Source: Trichoplax adhaerens
Taxonomy: Eukaryota > Animalia > Placozoa
Assembly: GCF_000150275.1 (NCBI RefSeq)
Contig: NW_002060945.1
Location: 5,009,397-5,073,396 of the forward strand
Direction of reading: 5' to 3'
Length of the DNA stretch: 64,000 nucleotides
Shown here: positions 41,430 through 54,162 of the stretch, piece after piece
Layout: each line of letters starts with the position of its first letter
Numbering within the stretch: position 1 is the stretch's first letter
Position numbers and translations under genes: made by a program
The notes under the pieces: model-generated
Told to the model about the DNA's origin: nothing
The model's input: only the letters and a program-made list of their open reading frames with translations
Databases searched by the model: none

Positions 41430-41532
41430 CATAAAAGTTCTTACTGTAGAATGTTAAGCTGAAACTGTTCTACTGGCGGATTGGACGGACACTGGACAGT
41501 TTCAGATAAATATTCTTGGTAAGAACTTTATG
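41430..41532. repeat. ~100 bp imperfect palindrome
   Basis: cataaaagttcttactgtagaatgttaagctgaaactgttc pairs with gacagtttcagataaatattcttggtaagaactttatg. Confidence 0.85.
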
Positions 41533-41646
41533 TACAGTACTGTAAACTGTCGTTACAAAAGAAGCCATGCTTAAACTGTACTGTACAGTACTGTACTGTA
41601 CTGTACACTGTACAGTACTGTACTGTACTGTACACTGTACAATTAA

Positions 41647-41747
41647 CCCCGATTATTCAGATACTCAGCTTAAATAGCTTAAACGATGATACTGTACATT
41701 ATTCTAAGAGTCTAAGGCATTTACGCTGAGTATCTGAGTAATCGGGG
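41647..41747. mobile_element. 101 bp palindromic MITE-like element, possibly piggyBac-type
   Basis: Arms ccccgattattcagatactcagcttaaat / atttacgctgagtatctgagtaatcgggg. Flanked by TTAA on the left and TTAT on the right, with CCC...GGG termini. Confidence 0.6.
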
Positions 41748-42132
41748 TTATTATGGCTGGGCCCGGCCTACTGTACAGTGTACAGTACACCCGAGAACCT
41801 GTATTCATACAGTACTGTACAGTACTGTACATGTACTGTACTGTACAGTGTACAGTACAATACTGTACCGTGTACAGTACAGACAGTACAGTACAGTACA
41901 TTACACTACAGTAGTTGGCATACTGTACTCCGAGTTTTTACACACGACTGTTCTGTTCACTTCTGTACAGTGTACGTACACTACTGTAGTTACACATACT
42001 CATAAACAATCCTGCTAGTGTTGACAACTTGTGAAATAATTCATTTTTTTACTGTATTCATCATCATAGTCAAAGTGTACAACCAACGATTGCAGACACT
42101 GGGAAACCCCTATGATATCCTCACTATGAAAT

Positions 42133-45100
42133 ATGAGTAAACTACAAAGGTAAGATTGAGTTTTATAATCCGATAGTTGATTATTATTTATATTTATTTA
42201 TACATTAATACCATATATTGTACGGACAGTTTCTTCAAATTTCCTTTAATTCACATCACACTTAGGTGTATCGCGATCTCAACTACAGCAATACTCAACT
42301 ACTGTACCTACTGTATACTATACAGTACTATACTATATAGTCTATACTGTACACTTGCACTGTACAGTACTGTAAAACGTAGGATACGATATACAGCACT
42401 GTGTAGCTGCATTATTAATTTAACGGTAAAAGAAATACATTCGAATAGCAATCCTAATCATAACATTGTCATTTACCGCATTGTAAAGCAAAATTGAAGA
42501 GCCTAACTAGAGGAAATTGATTATCTTATGCTTTGCAAGTCACGGCACCAGACGAATGACAAGAAATTTTTTGCAACACTTCACGATTTATGATACGATT
42601 TGACCCCTCAGCCTTCAGCCGACTGTATATCTTGCAATACATTCTGGCTGCCGTAGGGCACTTGGAGTGTAACTTAACGCCTCATTTTTCGTCTTTTTAT
42701 ACACTTCATGCTCAGCAACACATTCCATTTAGAAATCAGGTTACATTTTTGTGGCGGGTGGAATAGTAGTCAATTGAAATTAATTTTTAAATTTAATGTA
42801 GTACAAGATCTACTATACTGTACTCTGTCATGGTAACATAAATTTCAAGTTTCAGCTCGTTGACAGCATTTCATAATCGTTGATAGCGGTGGGCTTACAC
42901 TATATAATAATACGTATACAACATTAACAGGTTAAGGCATGGATTACTACTGTAAATTCTAAGTAATCAACGGTTAACAGTTCAGTAAATTTGTTGTCAC
43001 TCTGTAGGATGAGAGAGTATTTATAATTATTAGATCGCCGTCAAGCTGCAGAGTGCGGACAGTTCTTACAGCTCTTTTCTGAAAGATGAATCAATGCACT
43101 TAACAGTGACGGTAGAATACTGTATAAAAGTTGCGTAATTCTGTAAACTAACGTATAGGGGTACTGTTACTTAATGGATATCTAATATGACAATAAAATA
43201 TACCATTGTGGAACCATGGTGAAACTGCCATTCTCTGTGCATGCAGAACTGATTGTATGGCACTGTGTAGTAATCTTGGAGCTAACGATGCTGCGAAAGA
43301 GTCGCTTATTAGTATTTCAATACTAATATTGTTTAAACGTTAATAACGGTAAAATAAAATGATCATTACTGAGAACGTAAACATAGTAACAAGGCTTTAT
43401 CTCAATAAGTTCGTGTTGAATTTGCTATGGCCAATAATTATAATTAATTTAGATATGAATGACACAGGACTGAATTTGGGTTAGGATCGTAAATTGTTTA
43501 ATAAATTATATATAATGTCAGAGTCTGAATCTGATCGTCTGCACCGCATAATTTACGGATTCTACTGATTTAGAATATTCGAATATACAGTACTGTGCAG
43601 TACATAAACAACATGTAGATTGACGCGATAGTTGATTAATAATTTTAAAAAATACGAAGGACTACACAGATATCACTATAATAGCTGTAAATTGCAATAA
43701 TAATTTTATTCATGTTTATCAATATTGATGTTATACAAGTATTTTTACTGTGGACATGCTATTGTTAGAGTAAAAAGTTGCAGAAAGTGCTTTACGGTTA
43801 CTGTATGTAATGTTATAGATTCGTTAATGAAAGAGATAGATCACGAACAGGTGCGTGTACGCTTGTTAATAAGGATATCAGTGCGTTATTCAGAGTCAAA
43901 GCGAAGAATAGATGTCGGGGAAGGTTCGATGACTCAATAATAAATGAATATATTTATAATTTGATAACATGTACTGCACAATCGAAGAACATACGCGTGC
44001 ATACTTATATATCGTGCACTCATGCATAAATTAACTAAAGAAATGCAGAGCATACCAGAGTTATCCGCATTGGTTACAGAACCATAATATTACTGTATAC
44101 TGTACCTCAAGGCTAGGTGTAAATCAAGGTAGCTTGTTTTAAATTTATATCGTTGAATTTAACATTTAAATTTAAAATGATTACTTTACGATAAGCATAT
44201 GCAATCACTATGCTTCATACATTTGCAGCCTCAGATATTCGGTTTGTAGACTGAAATAAGTTAGTAAAGATTTATATAACATAGAGTCTCTGAAATATCT
44301 TCAACTGATCGCATGACCATAAGTATTCCTAATTTTAATAAACGTCAAATAGTCAAGACATTATTGGAAGCATACAGTGATCACGTTTTGTGTGTAGCAC
44401 AGCGATAGAGGATACTTTGTACATGAAGATGGACAACCTCAAACTCTAGTATTCATTTGATATCTGCTGAAATATTAAAGTTTTTTATATTAACTTATAA
44501 AATATCTCCTTTCGTATTCTTAGCACAACGTCAAAGATCGAGAGTTTGATAGAGACGTTAGAAAAGTTAATTCACCATAGCGAAAAAAATTTGGATCACA
44601 TTCGCTATGTGACTTTGAAGATTAAGCAAACTCTTGCCACGCAAGGTACAGGTTATTTAAATTTAGCTTAGCTCTTGCTCTTTAATATGCTAAAACGTTG
44701 TTTACTAAACTTACGGGTTACAATCACTGTCAATTAATTATAGTAGATAGTGATAACTATTTAGAAGCTTTGATTTATCCTACAAATAAGCCTTACTAGT
44801 ATAGAGTGTTGTTAGTTAGTGATTAGGACTAGAGCTTCTACTAACAATTCGTCTGTTGTACTATAGCGAATGTGAGTGTATGTGCTATATACAATACTAC
44901 AAGTATGTAGTCTATGCATTTTACTGCAGTGATCTTATATGATTTTATGATTGTGTAATATATTCTACAGATCAATAACACTGATCCAGGAGGCAAATAG
45001 AATACTGTAGAGGCATACTACAAATGATAATCTATTGAATATAGAAGTACTGTGGAAGCAGAATAGATTTCCTAAACATTAATAATTAATTTTACTAAGT

Positions 45101-48100
45101 AGTCGCAGCGATTCGTGTATTCAGTACCTAATGTTATATTCTAAGAAATATCTACCGATACTATTTTATTATACAATATTTTTGGATGGTAAAGTTGAAC
45201 ATATGAATGCTGATCTCTCATAAATATAGAAAAGGCACGAAAAAAGTTACTTGAAGATTCCGATTACATTCCAGTTTTGTTAGTGACTTTACAGGTACTA
45301 TCTTTCAAGCTTGTACACTTATTGTATATCTATAATCTGCAAGTAAAGGATAATTAACATATGAGAATGCATACAATCGTTTTTATTATTAGGGTATCAT
45401 ATCTAAGTAGTATGTAAAACACGTTTCTTAGTTATGTACATGTACTTATCCAACTGCTGCATGTGTACGTGTTCAGGTCAGTATTTACTGTAACTTGTTT
45501 ATTAAAAGTAGCCATGTTGCCGTAAAGCTACTTTAGTTAGTTAGGGTTTCGTAGAAATTATTTTTAGTTCACCACCCGCAAATTTTCTGGTTATTATTTT
45601 GACCCTGTATTAGTTACTAATATTTGGTAGCCCGGTAGCTCCTTGTTTTACGTAATGTGAAACGTATTGCGTGTGAAACGTTGATAATCTTTATACAATA
45701 GACCCTAGCTTCTATTGTACAGCATTTGTATTTGTTATGATTTACTTCGAGGGGGTACGGAAGTATATCAACTATAATGTCTATTTGTCGACAAAATATA
45801 TATAGACCGTTCTGGATACTCAAGTATTGGTAAATATTGCCTCTTCCATCGATGAATTGTTGGTCTTTGGTACGTGAAATTCATGATTTTAGGTTTTATA
45901 TTTCTATTACTCTGTAGATTGTGAACATTTACTGGAGTTATTTACGCGTGTAATTCTTTGACTATCTATCAACCACATAGGGAAGCGGCCAATTTCGACA
46001 TTGCTTGCTCGACAAGTTACGATAACACAAGTCCTTATTGATAGTTTAGTTAAGGCGTCTAAGTTTAGTTCTCAGGATGAGGTTGTTATAATCCTTGTAA
46101 CATTACTATCTAAACTTGGAGCTAAAGGTATGATTCTGCTGCTAATCGAGGATCTCTTTTATTATATTTTGTATTCTGTTTACTGTTTACATTTACGTAC
46201 ACTTAACTGGCATTGTCAACAATTAATATCCATTGTGATTTTTCGGTAACTAGATAAGAAAATTGCTATGAAGGCCCGACTATCAGGATTATTGGATGTG
46301 TTAGCGAATCTACTGAAACAAAATACTACTAATTATAAACTTCTTCAGCCGACATTGCAGCTCGTCAAGCTGCTAGCAACTAAATGTGCGTTCACAATTT
46401 ATGTATTTTGAAGGTTGCAACAGGAATTCATAGGAATTTATATTTTTTGTAGCATTAAACTTGATTGCATTAGGTAAAGCAGGAACAATTACTGCATTAT
46501 TGCGAATAATATCGGGTTGTGGTAATCGTCATATATTAACTTTAAGGTTAATATTAGCTATTTCTAATATCTATGTAAATATTTAGCCAGTTTTATTTTT
46601 ATTGACCTTTCAATATTACATCTGTCAAATTTATTTAGATCATGTCTCACAGTAATGTCGCGATTGGTGCAAAATAGTAAGATATAAGCACGCAGCTACA
46701 ATTATTTGCTGATATTGATACTGATAGTTCTTATTTATGATAGAAAACAATGCTACTATAACAGTCAATCAAAGTGGCGTAACCACAGTAATAGATTTGG
46801 CGATCAGCTGGCACAAAGTTGACGTTAGAAATAAGCAAATATCATTACGCAAATCTATTTTGACAATATTAAAAAGTTTAACCTTTACAAGTAAGTTTTG
46901 CTTTTACCTCAAGTGTTAAATATTATTTCTGCAACAAGCTATTTGTTTAATCTCAATTAAAGGAACTGGTAAACGAAAATTTGAAGAGTGTAATGGTTTT
47001 CGCATTGTATACCAGTTGTGTAAAGAGTATTGCGAAAGTAAGATAGAACTTCATGTATTCAAGTAAATATCTTGTAATTATGTCGGACATATTAAAATTT
47101 AGAATTTAAATTTATTTCATTTGCTATTTAGACAAGGGCCTAGACAGTTTAATAACCATTGGTACTCAAATATTACGTCGCTGTTATCCTGAAGTTAGTC
47201 TACCGGTGGCAAACCTAAACAGTCCGATACAATTTAATCTTGATGCTAATAATTTAAATGCGACTAAGCTTCCAACTGTACATGGTGAGCGTAATGATTA
47301 CCTTCAAGTTAATACAAGCATTTAGTGAAATGGGTTATGATTAATTTCATATTACGTAATTACTTGTTTATGATTTGATGTTAATACGAAGGTGAACAAT
47401 ATATGGATCACAACAGCGGGCAAGATAATGGTAATGAATACAGTCCTTCGGATAGTGATGGAGATTATGAAGACGCAGATACTGGTGTTTCTTGTCAACC
47501 CTCAGATAACGATGACGTCGAAGGATTACAGGGAAATGAGCAAGGAATTCCTAAAATAACTAGGTCGGAGGAAGACTTAAGAGCATCGTATCAAGCGTTC
47601 TTTCCTGAAATAGAATTGATGAATGTGAGTAACAATGTTTCATAAATTTATTCGGGAGTAATTCTCTCTCGACTAAGCCTGCAACTAGCCGACATAAAAG
47701 TAGATAACAATGTCAACTACTCAATTCTCTTTCTTTTCAGCTGAATGATAACCAATTGAATGATCCTTTGAATTTAATTGCTGTAGGAAATCTAGCTAAA
47801 TTGAAATTTTTGTCTTAAGTACAATATATACACATTAAGAATATTAATAGATATTTTATACAGGGTATCCATAATAATATAGGAGACCCGATTAGAAACG
47901 TAGAAAACTCTTCAAAAGATGATATTGCCACTGCTAGTGATCGTACAAGTTCTTCAAGTTCTAAGGAATCAGAACGCTCTACTATGGATGACTACATGAA
48001 ACAACAGAATCTAAAATTAGGGTATCTTTATCTTGCAGTGATACCGTGATAAATATTAAATGTCATTGACTGCTCTGGCACTTTAATAATAATGATTTAT

Positions 48101-51100
48101 TTTCATTTCAAGATATGTAAATTTTGAAGGTTATATTTTACGCGGAGGTAAAAGAAATATTGTCAATGAGTCATTAACTACAAAGAGTGTGGTACCATTT
48201 ACAGAAATACCTATGCCTGAGTTGTTTGGACATTCGTCGCCGGAGTCACTAGAGCCATTAGTTGAAAGAAAAAATAGTATGCAAAGGTTAGGAATGTCAA
48301 TGATACTCGTGGAATGCTTCATGACTCAACAATAGTGACGTATAATCTCTTTTTAAATGTAAATTTATATATGTTGTTACAGAAACAAAATATTATCAGA
48401 TATTGAACGCGTTATTTTCCCCGGAAAGATTATGAGTGATGTTGTTTATGATCTTGATATCGAAATAAGAAGTAAATCTAAAGCAAATATTCAAGAATCG
48501 ACTAAAAATTTTGAGCTAAGGTAAGCTGATCAAATGAGATATCGAAGACATGGAGTATTCTTTTTTATTGACGAAGAAATTCGTATATCACCACTTCAAT
48601 ACTACAGACAAAATCAAACAGAGATTCCCCCACTCAGTTTTAACTCTCGATTTGAATGCGGAAATCTTAGGAAAGTGATAAGGGTATGAAAAATTCGTCA
48701 TGGCTTTGAGGATGACAGTTATGTTTGATTTATTGTTAACAATTAAAGGCTTTTTATTTAAAATTATAGGTAAGACCGCAGGAATATGATATTCTGCTCA
48801 ACCCAGATATAAATACAAAACAGCACCATCAATGGTTTTATTTCGAGGTTAGGTGTATGTTCTTGTGTTAAACTGTATTGTTAAAAAAGTTTTTAAGACG
48901 CTGTCATAAACCAAAAAATTAAATATTATAGATAAGAAATATGCTCAAGGGCATTCGATATCAATTCAACATTATTAACTGTATCAAGAAAAATAGCCAA
49001 TTTAATTATGGTGAGTAAAACTATAGTAGCAAATAAATTTTATATTCGATATTGGCTCAGGCTATCATGTTTACTATTCTTTTTCCGTAATTCTGAAAGG
49101 AATGCAACCTGTATTTTATTCGGCCTATGACGCTATCAATAAAGGCGTCGGTTGGATCAGATTGGGAAGTAATATCTGCTATTATAAAAATCACTTTCCT
49201 CGTAGCATTGCTGCAGGAGGTGGTGGCATGAAATCATATTATACGATGAGTTTTGCAATTGACTTCCCACATAGCGATGATACCTGCTTTTTAGCATATC
49301 ATTTTCCATATACGTATTCTACCATGAAGGTATAAACTTGCACAGTTTTAAAGTTTTTTGTGTAAGGTGAAGGAAAAATCAGCTACTCGATCTAGGTTAA
49401 TGATCGACGTTATTTGTATTTAGGTACATTTAGAACATATTCGAAACGTTGCCGATAATAACTCCATTTACTTCAAATGTCAAGAGCTTTGTTTAACTCT
49501 AAACGGCAATGTTTGTAACTTGATGACCATTACAAATAGTCCGAATAAAGAAAGACTTAATGATGACAAATATGTTCCTGTGGGTATGTAATGTTTAGAC
49601 GTGCAAATAATCTTACTTTAATTTCTTTTTCATGATTGAAAACTGATGTAATGTTTTCGCCTGATCAATGCTATAGAGAGAAGACCTTACATATTTCTTT
49701 CTGCTAGAGTACATCCAGGCGAAAGCAATTCGAGCTGGATTATGAAAGGTAATTTTTCTGGAATGTTGCAAGTTGTAATGAAATTCCTAATGCTGGCATT
49801 ACGGTATTATTGTAATTATTGCAGGCTTACTTGATTTCATTACGAGCGATGATGATTGTGCGATACAACTTAGAGAGAGTTATATCTTCAAGATAATTCC
49901 TATGCTAAATCCTGATGGAGTTGTTAACGGATGGTAAGTAATCATTCTATAGATTGCATGCTAAGATTTTTCTTCACATTTTTTGCACGTAATACTTACG
50001 TCTCTTGTAAAATTCATGAAATAGCCACCGATGTTCACTTTCGGGTCATGATTTAAACCGATGTTGGATATCGCCCGATCCACGAATACATCCCACTATT
50101 TATCATACGAAGGGACTAATACAGTACATGGTCACTATTGGTAAATCACCTTTGGTAAGTTGGAAAGTGGCTTGCTTATTTACGTCTATAGCATACTAAT
50201 CAATTCCTATACACCTAGCTATGTATTGTTACTATTATTGTCGATAATTGCTACTGTATCGTAAACATGTTCTGGTATCTCCTATCAATTGCGGTGCAAT
50301 GTTGTAACTGTTTGTGCTTATTTAACACTGTAGATATTTTGTGATTTTCATGGGCATTCTCGTAGAAAGAATATTTTTACATATGCTTGTTATCCATATA
50401 CGAATACTAATCATCGAGCTGAGGATCAAATGCTTCGAGTTAGTACTTACGGCTGTTGTCTTCACTATTTAATGCCATCTTATTTATAGTTCACATATTA
50501 GTGAGATCTGACTACGATGAAAGAACCCCTTTTTTCAAACTATTTATTTTATAAAGGCACTTCCAAGAGCTCTCCAGGAGGTTTCGCCAGTCTTTTCGTA
50601 TCAGTTATGTAGTTTTGCGGTAGAAAAGTGTAAAGAATCGACTGCTCGTGTTGTTCTTTGGAGAGAGCTCTGCATTTTGCGCAGTTATACCATGGAGAGT
50701 ACTTATTGTGGTATGGATCAAGGAGTTTACAAGGTTAAACCTTAAGCATTGCTAATCTTGCTTTTGAATTTATTAACTCTGCAACTTTAATAATATGCTT
50801 CGTTACAAATGTTTCACTTCAGCAAGACAAATGATAATTGTTGTTTCCGCTAATTTTTCTCTCATCAATTATAATTATTATGTATAATATACATATGTAT
50901 ATTGTATCCGATGTAATAAAGTTAATGTTCCTATTGTTTGTATTTCGTTAGGGATACCACATTAATACTACAGCTTTAGAGGACATGGGAAAGGATTTTT
51001 GTAGGGGTTTACTAAAAATGAAAGATTTATCTTTACGGAAAGTGCCTAGGTGAACGATACTATACGTAACAATAAGATCTTGTGTTTTTTGGTTCAGACT

Positions 51101-51407
51101 ATTACTTGTTGAGATTTAACCGTATCTAAATTACGAGTGTGTCTTAAGAATTGCTTGGTGCTTGTTAACAGCTAATATATTTTAATATTCATAAATATTT
51201 AACAGTAAAAGTAGATTAAACGCACAAACGACAGCTGATCGGGAATCTGCGGGTAAAGAAGACAGTAGGCATAGAGTCAATCCTAAGCATTCAACTTTAA
51301 CCTTTGAATTGCACATACCGAACGAAACAGAAGTTTTATCTGTTGACAGCGATTCTGGAGATAGCAGTTCGTCGACGGAATCAGATGAATTAGCTTACGA
51401 TTGTTAA
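42133..51407 (+). CDS. AGTPBP1: Cytosolic carboxypeptidase 1-like tubulin deglutamylase (Nna1/CCP1-CCP4 clade, M14D)
   Basis: More than 20 short exons. Exon 1 at 42133-42149 (MSKLQ) splices in phase to 44524. ARM-like N-terminal region ([17 protein letters not shown]; [18 protein letters not shown]), [28 protein letters not shown], Zn motif [12 protein letters not shown] (~49703), [23 protein letters not shown] and SYTMES; TAA at 51405-51407. Confidence 0.93.
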
Positions 51408-52529
51408 CAACTCACTAACAAGAATTATACACTTTACAAAAATTATTGTATCATCTTGTCAATGACGTAATTGTCAGAATTACCAGAAAATTTCATCGAA
51501 TCTATTAAATGATTTTATTTTACTAATTGATAATATTCATATAAATCATGTTTTGTTGAATGGGCTTTCAAATTTCTTCATATTCTTTGTTATTTTTCAA
51601 TCACTGAAAGAAAATATACAGACTTAGTTGCAGTTACCAGGTTTGTAAATAAATTTTAAGTACTTAATATTGTATACGTGTATGTAAATAATTTTTAACC
51701 AAAAAAATTATCAGAGAAGTATATTTTTCATAGATATTTACAATCACTAATTACGAAACTAAGAAGATACTGTTGTATTTTTACTATTATCTTGAATCAT
51801 AAGCAGAGGTGACTAATGACTATAATTTCAGTTTAACTACATTCAAATTTTTTTTCCTTTATATTGATTATCGAAATGACAATAAACGCATAGCAAAGTT
51901 GCGCATAATACTTACGTACTTATTTATTTGAGTCAGTTTGTGTATCATTCTCTTAATGTTGTAATGGCAACGATTTCTATTTTTAGCTTGACTTCTAATA
52001 AATATGGCTCTCAGTATAATACTTTCATCGTTGTATTATTTAATATTTTATATTTTTACACAGAGTGGATTAATGCTTTGTTTATTAAAATGTATACTAA
52101 AACTACAGTATAAGCACTAGTGCTTATCTCCGGATAGATTCAATCATACCGTGTGTGCATTATACGGTAATGAAGTACCGAAATGTATATGGACTTTATT
52201 GATTAGCGCTATCTGGTTAAGTTCGGCTCTGGCTAGGACTACTGTAATTACTGTATAACTCAAATACAGAATGTTGCGATAATCGAATTTACGCCAAAAC
52301 AAACAACACTGAATTTATGTGCTATTTTCTTTTTGAATATAACTGCTTTAATATCATTCTATTACAATGTTGGGTTTTACTACAGGAAAAAAAAAATTAG
52401 AAAGTTCCTAGAGAAAGTACCGCATAATAAATTAATAATATACTGTACATACTGTTCTGTAATGTACATATATTCGAATACTTTACGTAAATCCATCCCT
52501 CTCCCTATAAAAAGGCGACGGACTATTTT

Positions 52530-53310
52530 CTGTACTGTACCTTTGAAAATTACTGAAACAATAATATTTATTACAGTACATACTATACTGTACAGTATAC
52601 TGTATACTGTGTACTGTATAGTATTGTAAGTATATTCGATTTTTCTGAACGTAAAATCGTAACTGAGCGAATTTAAAAATTAAAAATTATTATTCTGTAT
52701 AACTGTGCAGGACTATAGTAACTGTACTGTCCTGTGCTGTACTTTACGCTAAGGACGTGTACTGTACTGCACAGTACAGTGGGTGAGTGGTCTACAGTAC
52801 CGATCTATCTTTGAATTCAATTCTACAGACCAGATCCATGAAGATCTCTCTATGGTGCAGACAGTAAAAGGAAAAACCTGCGAACGCATGCTCACTGTGA
52901 GCATGAGCACCGTAAATCCCGAGAAATTTGAAGCCGAAATTTTGATGCAATGCTGAAGAGCCCTACTAGCCTGAAAGCTGACCGAAGTAGCGCCTAATCC
53001 TCGGGTTATAACTAAGGGTTCAGTACAGTACGGTGTACAGTATAATTATTATGTTCGTGGTAACTTCTAATATTATTAATCGAGAGTCGTTCATTGATCA
53101 ATCAGTCATTCGTACAGTATTCATACAGTACATCTCGAAGATTACTTAGCTTATGGATTAATGGATAACTGTAGTTAATTTGTGATTTACAAGTGAAATA
53201 AGTTACTTATTCTACAGTCTACAGTATGTACACTGTACAGTGTATACTGTAGAGTACAGACTGTGTACTGTAATGTACTGCCATAGAGGTACAGTACACT
53301 GTACGTAATG
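52530..53310. promoter_or_regulatory. (GTAC-W)n clusters 0.9-1.6 kb upstream of ARNT coding exons
   Basis: Clusters at ~52530-52625, 52720-52800, 53020-53045 and 53215-53305. A further cluster at 53805-54000 lies directly before the first candidate coding exon. Confidence 0.5.
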
Positions 53311-53386
53311 TGGAGATCGGAAAAAAACGCCTTTTTTTCTTCGAAGAGTTCCCGATTTGAGGATATTTCATGAACTGACCCCTTGG

Positions 53387-53483
53387 CAGGGACTCCTCAA
53401 CCACCCTAGGCTTCACAAAAGTTGGCTTTTTTTTCAGCGTGAAGCTTAATTTTATGAAGCAGGGGGTAGTTGAGGAGTCCCTG
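53387..53483. repeat. 97 bp imperfect palindrome with CAGGGACT termini
   Basis: cagggactcctcaaccaccctaggcttcacaaaagttggctt pairs with aagcttaattttatgaagcagggggtagttgaggagtccctg. Confidence 0.9.
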
Positions 53484-54162
53484 GTATAGACTAGTTATAA
53501 AATGGTTAGACTGACTATGCATGTATCAGTGACTGATAGTTTGTATTAGATATTTTGCTGAAATAAAATACTCAATACAATACTGCAATAAAAACATGGA
53601 AAGCCCATACTGCATTGCTCAAAAGTGAGACGCCACTCCGTTAGCTTTGATCCTAGTACTGTAGAGTACACTATGTCTCTGTAGCAATCTCTCTCTACCT
53701 TGTACCTGACGGACTTAGAGTAATAAAGTTCTCTTCTGTGAAACATCTCTCTCTCGTCTCATTCTATAAGTAGAAAGTAGAAAGACATATTATTGCAGTT
53801 GTTCGTGTACAGTTTACAGTACGCCAGTGTACAGTACTTCTAAGACTAATACAGTATGTACTGTACAGTATTAGTACTGAGTACTGTAGAGTGTACTGCA
53901 GACCTGAAGACGAAAGTTCCGACCATAGACTACGAAATTCATCGTTGAATTTAGTAATCCAACTACACCTTACATAAGTGTACGGTACGGTACAGTACTG
54001 GAAGGTAAAAGAGTATAAAATGAAAGGCCAAAGAAGGAAAATTACTCCAGATTACTGGACAGTGGACAGTGTACCCGCTACGGCTAAAACTAAAACCACA
54101 ACTTTTGATTATTGGTCGGAGAAAAATTTGATATTATCCATTGGGGTGCCATCGATCTGAGG

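Larger units (their letters stand above)
41110..41990. promoter_or_regulatory. (GTAC-W)n array upstream of AGTPBP1, interrupted by two hairpins
   Basis: Longest and purest runs in the window (e.g. 41576-41640 and 41769-41900), ending ~150 bp before the ATG at 42133. Confidence 0.6.

Noticed and set aside
41430-41990. Repeat/unique alternation resembling a CRISPR array
   Set aside because: No constant-length repeat or spacer, no cas genes, and a eukaryotic intron-rich context.
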